Origin: the human T2T-CHM13v2.0 reference genome, Homo sapiens
Assembly (NCBI RefSeq): GCF_009914755.1
Contig: NC_060929.1
DNA: 64,000 nt
Reading direction: 5' to 3' (one strand)
In this document: piece by piece, positions 63,851 through 64,000 of the stretch
Numbering within the stretch: the first letter of the stretch is position 1
How the letters are laid out: the number at the start of each line of letters is the position of its first letter
The notes under the pieces: generated by a model
The model's input: the letters and a program-made list of their open reading frames with translations, nothing else
Told to the model about the DNA's origin: nothing
The model's database searches: none
Position numbers and translations under genes: made by a program

Positions 63851-64000
63851 AAGATGGAGAGGGAAGGTTGCTAATGCAGGGGGTTGGCAATCATGGGGTC
63901 CAGAAAAAAGGTGGAGAAATTAGAAAGAGCTGAAAACCCTGAAAAGAAGAAGCTTTACATTAAATGTGGATAAGTCACACCACAGGCAACTTGACTGAAC

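Overview
Human genomic DNA (it carries an Alu with all five AluYa5 diagnostic bases). The window is AT-rich and repeat-dense, and I can support no host protein-coding exon or RNA gene. It is dominated by two full-length LINE-1s facing tail-to-tail: an L1PA2-type (+, 11329-17359) and an L1PA4-type (-, 23050-29671), each with intact target-site duplications (TSDs). It also holds a gammaretrovirus-like ERV copy (MER101-like, tRNA-Ile primer site, 32773-36935), a solo LTR1 nested in a hAT fossil, eight Alus and many MaLR/ERVL LTR, L2, MIR and DNA-transposon fossils. Most notable: (1) the two L1s belong to different-aged subfamilies yet share at least 7 apparently non-consensus bases, suggesting patchy gene conversion within a 6-kb inverted pair; (2) the L1PA4 carries a 140-bp 3' transduction of an LTR2-family LTR whose AATAAA was used as the polyA signal; (3) the ERV has processed-pseudogene structure (R-U5...U3-R-tail, 14-bp TSD), i.e. 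viral RNA copied by L1 machinery; (4) a perfect 31-bp microhomology-flanked templated insertion matches sequence 1005 bp away. These are unusual genome-evolution events rather than a new biological system. Family and subfamily names come from recalled consensus sequences and need Dfam/RepeatMasker confirmation.
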